Shown here piece after piece: positions 62,001-64,000 of a stretch of DNA of 64,000 nucleotides. The notes beneath the pieces were generated by a model. That model was not told where the DNA came from and ran no database searches. It saw nothing but the letters and a program-made list of their open reading frames with translations. This stretch comes from Alphaproteobacteria bacterium (GTDB lineage Bacteria; Pseudomonadota; Alphaproteobacteria; GCA-2731375). The position numbers were made by a program, and so were the translations under genes. The stretch's first letter is position 1; each line of letters begins with the position of its first letter. Location of the stretch: contig CBDDPY010000002.1 in NCBI GenBank assembly GCA_965232515.1, positions 448,001 to 512,000 of the forward strand, given 5' to 3'.

Positions 62001-62990
62001 GAACAGCGCCATGATGCCGTCGCCGCGGGTGTGGCTGACCGTGCCTTCGAACCGGCCGACAGCGTCGATCATCGTCTGCAGGGCCGGGTCCAGCCGCTGC
62101 AAGGCCAGCTCCGGATCTAGCCCGTCGACCAGCTCGGTCGAGCCCTTGATGTCGGCGAACAGCACCGTCAGGTTCTTGCGTTCGGGCTCCGCGTCTTCCA
62201 GCGGCCGGGCCGCGGAGGCCGTCGTATCCTCTGCCGTTGCCGGCGCCAATTCCGTCGGCTGCGACGACCGGCGCTGCGTGATCTCGTCGCGCAGTTGCCG
62301 GGTCTCGGGCGTCGGATCGGCGTCCAGCTCGCGCCGCAGCTGCCGGGCGCAGACGTCGTACTGGTTCAGCGCCGCGCTCCAGCGGCCCTGTTCGGCATAG
62401 AGCCGCATCAGGTCGCAATGCACGTTCTCCTGCGCCGGATCGATCGCCAGCATCCGGCAGGCGACCTGGATCGCCGCCGCGGTCGCGCCCGCGGTCGTCT
62501 CGTGCGCCAGCAGGCGGCCCAGGCCGGACAGCGCCAGCTCCCGCAGGCGGTGACGCTCGGCCGCCAGCCAGTCCTCGAAATCGGCCTCGCGCAGGCTCAA
62601 CCCGTCCAGCAGGTCGCCGCGATAGAGAATCGCCGCCGCCCGCAGCGACTCCGGCGTGTCGTCCGCTACCAGCCGTGCGAAGCGGTCGATATCGACCTCG
62701 ATCCGGGCGCCGTCGAAGGCCAGCGTCTCGCCGTCCGCCACCAATGGCGTCAGATCGACCGCGGCGAAGGCCTTGCGGATGGAATAGACGGTCTGGCTCA
62801 GGCTGTGCCGGGCCTGCTCCTCGCCCCGGTCGCCCCAGAACAGCGCCGCCAGCTTGTCGCGCCGCTGCGGCTCGCCGCCCGCGACGGCGAGGTAGGCCAG
62901 CAGCGCTTCGGCCTTTTTCGTTGGCAGGCGGACATCGCCGTCTACGGCAAGGCGCAGGCCACCGAGAAGCTGTAGTTGCGGCGATGGCAT
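59097..62990 (-). CDS. Multidomain regulator: wHTH-BTAD (SARP-like) + class III nucleotide cyclase + STAND/AAA ATPase + TPR
   Basis: LLGG..KAEALLAYLA..RDKLAALFW, LYRGDLL, DPAQE; TVLFADIKGST, GDGIMALFGAP; GEPGMGKTR, VVEDLHWID, GGTPLF; helical repeats. Confidence 0.9.
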   Translation of the reverse strand: MPSPQLQLLGGLRLAVDGDVRLPTKKAEALLAYLAVAGGEPQRRDKLAALFWGDRGEEQARHSLSQTVYSIRKAFAAVDLTPLVADGETLAFDGARIEVDIDRFARLVADDTPESLRAAAILYRGDLLDGLSLREADFEDWLAAERHRLRELALSGLGRLLAHETTAGATAAAIQVACRMLAIDPAQENVHCDLMRLYAEQGRWSAALNQYDVCARQLRRELDADPTPETRQLRDEITQRRSSQPTELAPATAEDTTASAARPLEDAEPERKNLTVLFADIKGSTELVDGLDPELALQRLDPALQTMIDAVGRFEGTVSHTRGDGIMALFGAPIAHEDHAVRACYAALAMQEAVNALSGGELAIRVGLHSGEVVVRPLGGSAGARYDAVGPVVHLASRVEESMESDRIGLTMATLQRAEGFILAEALGAMRLRGVREPVDLFELRGSTSARSRWEARATRGLTPFVGRQVEMEKMNRALERASRGQGEVIALIGEPGMGKTRMAHEFVRAAENAGWAVLETGGAAHNREATYLPVSDMLRSWVAVRESDSQADIVRKVQSKVSSLGIEMLSVLPPLFALLDLPVDDVEWQALGAPQRRRRTLDALIALLARLSQQQPLILVVEDLHWIDSETQGFLDALVDGIAAVPMLLLVTYRPEYAHDWASRSYFRLIRADPLEDDTAAELLRHLLGDSPDLAHARRLLYERTGGTPLFLEETVRALIETGVITGARGAFLPAKPLDQFEIPTSVQEVLAARIDRLAPDAKNLLQVASVIGKDVPMALLQPMANLDDDALHEALSQLRAAEFLQQTRLIPEAEYTFKHALTQEVAYASVLRERRRSLHTCTVDTIEERYAGRLDEHVERLAHHALTAEDWPKAVAYCRDSGNKALRRAALRAAVADFERALDALHHLPETDETIAQDIDLRFQLRNALFVVGDHETTTEHLWRAEELARRIGDDDRIGWALLHLGATYWRQGDYGDAETVIHQARDIAEQVGDTELGYLAAYRLGQTYYGMGDFTAAATWLKRAIADMQANSSERKFALGGLPFVFSCSVLISSIAELGNFDEVETYETLGLSTAEDAEDHYSLYVLTRGLGHAYARQGRFDLAAKHLERATEIGDLYELYTLAPVILSALGYVYVVEGRQDEGFALLNRSIDPAVWERSVHYARPYFWFAEAALIAGRRDEAAEMTRRGLELAEAQEEREGQIWALRLQGDLVAETDPEQAEQHYLAAIAGAASQGLRPHQAHGQLSLGELYATIGRHDEAVAALRATAALYQDLGMTYWLPRTEAALNKLAG

Positions 62991-63048
62991 GGGCGCGAAT
63001 CCGTTAGGCGGCCGTCGTTGCGCGCAAGATATCGTCTGGCGGCGTCAT

Positions 63049-63091
63049 TTTTGAGAGTTTTTTGATAGCCGCGATGAGAGCCGTTTGATGG
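63049..63091 (+). promoter_or_regulatory. Four phased direct repeats (TGA[G/T][A/G]G), candidate SARP/wHTH operator
   Basis: TGAGAG 63052, TGATAG 63063, TGAGAG 63075, TGATGG 63086 (spacing 11/12/11) between the regulator and the divergent gene. Confidence 0.55.
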
Positions 63092-63148
63092 CGGTCAAAT
63101 AGTCTGTCACCGCCAAGAATACCGGTTTTTCGCCGGTGGGAGGAGAAA

Positions 63149-64000
63149 ATGGCAATCGACCCGGCCAAGCTGGACGATTTCAGCGGTCAGGTCGTCGGCG
63201 ATCTCGCGGCGGCCTTTTCCGGCGTCATGGTCAATATCGGCCATAAACTGGGCTTGTACAGCGCCATGGCCGGCGCTGGGCCGATGACGTCGGCTGCACT
63301 CGCCGCGCGCACCGGTCTGAATGAGCGCTACGTCCGCGAGTGGCTGAACAATCAGGCGGCCGGCGGCTACGTCACCTACGACGCCGTCGAGAAGACCTAT
63401 CTGCTGCCCGACGAGCATGCCCTGGTGCTGGCGGAGTGCGAAAGCGCCGCCTACATGGCCCAGGCCTTCGACGCCGCGTCGTCGATCTGGAAGACGGTGG
63501 ACCGCACCGTCGATGCGTTCCGAAACGGCCAGGGCATCGGCTGGCACGAGCACGACGCCGGCGTCTTCTGCGGTATCGAGTCGTTCTTCCGGCCGGGCTA
63601 TCGGGCGAACATGACGTCGAAGTGGATCCCGGCGCTGGAGGGTGTCGAGAAGAAGCTGCGCATCGGCGCCACGGTGGCCGATGTCGGCTGTGGTCACGGC
63701 GCCTCGACCATCGTCATGGCCGAGGCCTATCCGAACTCGACCTTCTACGGCTTCGACTACCATACGGGTTCCATCGAAACCGCGCGTCAGCGGGCGCAAG
63801 ACACCGGCATGGGGCACCGCGTCGCCTTCGAGGTCACCGACGCCCAGGGCTATTCCCCGGTCGGCTACGACCTGATCTGCTTCATGGACTGCCTGCACGA
63901 TCTCGGCGATCCGGTCGGCGCGGCGCGGCATGCGCGTGAAGCGCTGGCGCCGGACGGCACCGTGTTGCTGGTCGAGCCGCGGGCGGGCGATGCGGTCGAG
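63149..64000 (+). CDS. Class I SAM-dependent methyltransferase with N-terminal wHTH (Rv2258c-like), runs off the window
   Basis: AGGAG SD, ATG 63149; MAIDPAKLDDF...LAARTGLNERYVREWL...VADVGCGHG...GFDYH...DCLHDLGDP. Absent from the ORF track because it has no stop inside the window. Confidence 0.9.
   Translation, partial: MAIDPAKLDDFSGQVVGDLAAAFSGVMVNIGHKLGLYSAMAGAGPMTSAALAARTGLNERYVREWLNNQAAGGYVTYDAVEKTYLLPDEHALVLAECESAAYMAQAFDAASSIWKTVDRTVDAFRNGQGIGWHEHDAGVFCGIESFFRPGYRANMTSKWIPALEGVEKKLRIGATVADVGCGHGASTIVMAEAYPNSTFYGFDYHTGSIETARQRAQDTGMGHRVAFEVTDAQGYSPVGYDLICFMDCLHDLGDPVGAARHAREALAPDGTVLLVEPRAGDAVE

Overview
High-GC alphaproteobacterial chromosome segment (Rhodospirillales-like gene order; the taxonomy is inferred). 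Positions 1-37.6 kb are mostly housekeeping: gabD, gor, class II DAHP synthase, NAD salvage/synthesis (pncB, nadE), cysS, cimA, trmJ, rpsD, grxD-bolA, purL/Q/S/C/B, the DUF1476 ATPase inhibitor, radC, add, map and sfsA. Intergenic gaps here hold two families of REP-like hairpin doublets and a 262-bp MITE inserted in a CTAG shared by two convergent stop codons. A GIY-YIG nuclease pseudogene, missing from the ORF track, sits exactly between two REP doublets. At 37.8-38.1 kb a tRNA-Leu(TAA) is preceded by an orphan 5' tRNA half and enclosed in predicted long-range helices. An accessory stretch follows. It contains an AT-rich two-gene cassette (75-aa GCGCGC peptide plus a radical SAM/SPASM enzyme with a probable RRE, a candidate new RiPP system), IS5 and ParE toxin-antitoxin relics, a PEP-CTERM-type protein, an orphan contractile sheath+tube gene pair, and a 413-aa histone-H1-like protein with a 60-bp tandem array. 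The right end has sugar/phosphodiester enzymes, a CBS-histidine kinase, AsmA, catabolic oxidoreductases/hydrolases, and a BTAD-cyclase-ATPase-TPR regulator divergent from a methyltransferase. All family calls come from motif recognition by eye; no searches were run.
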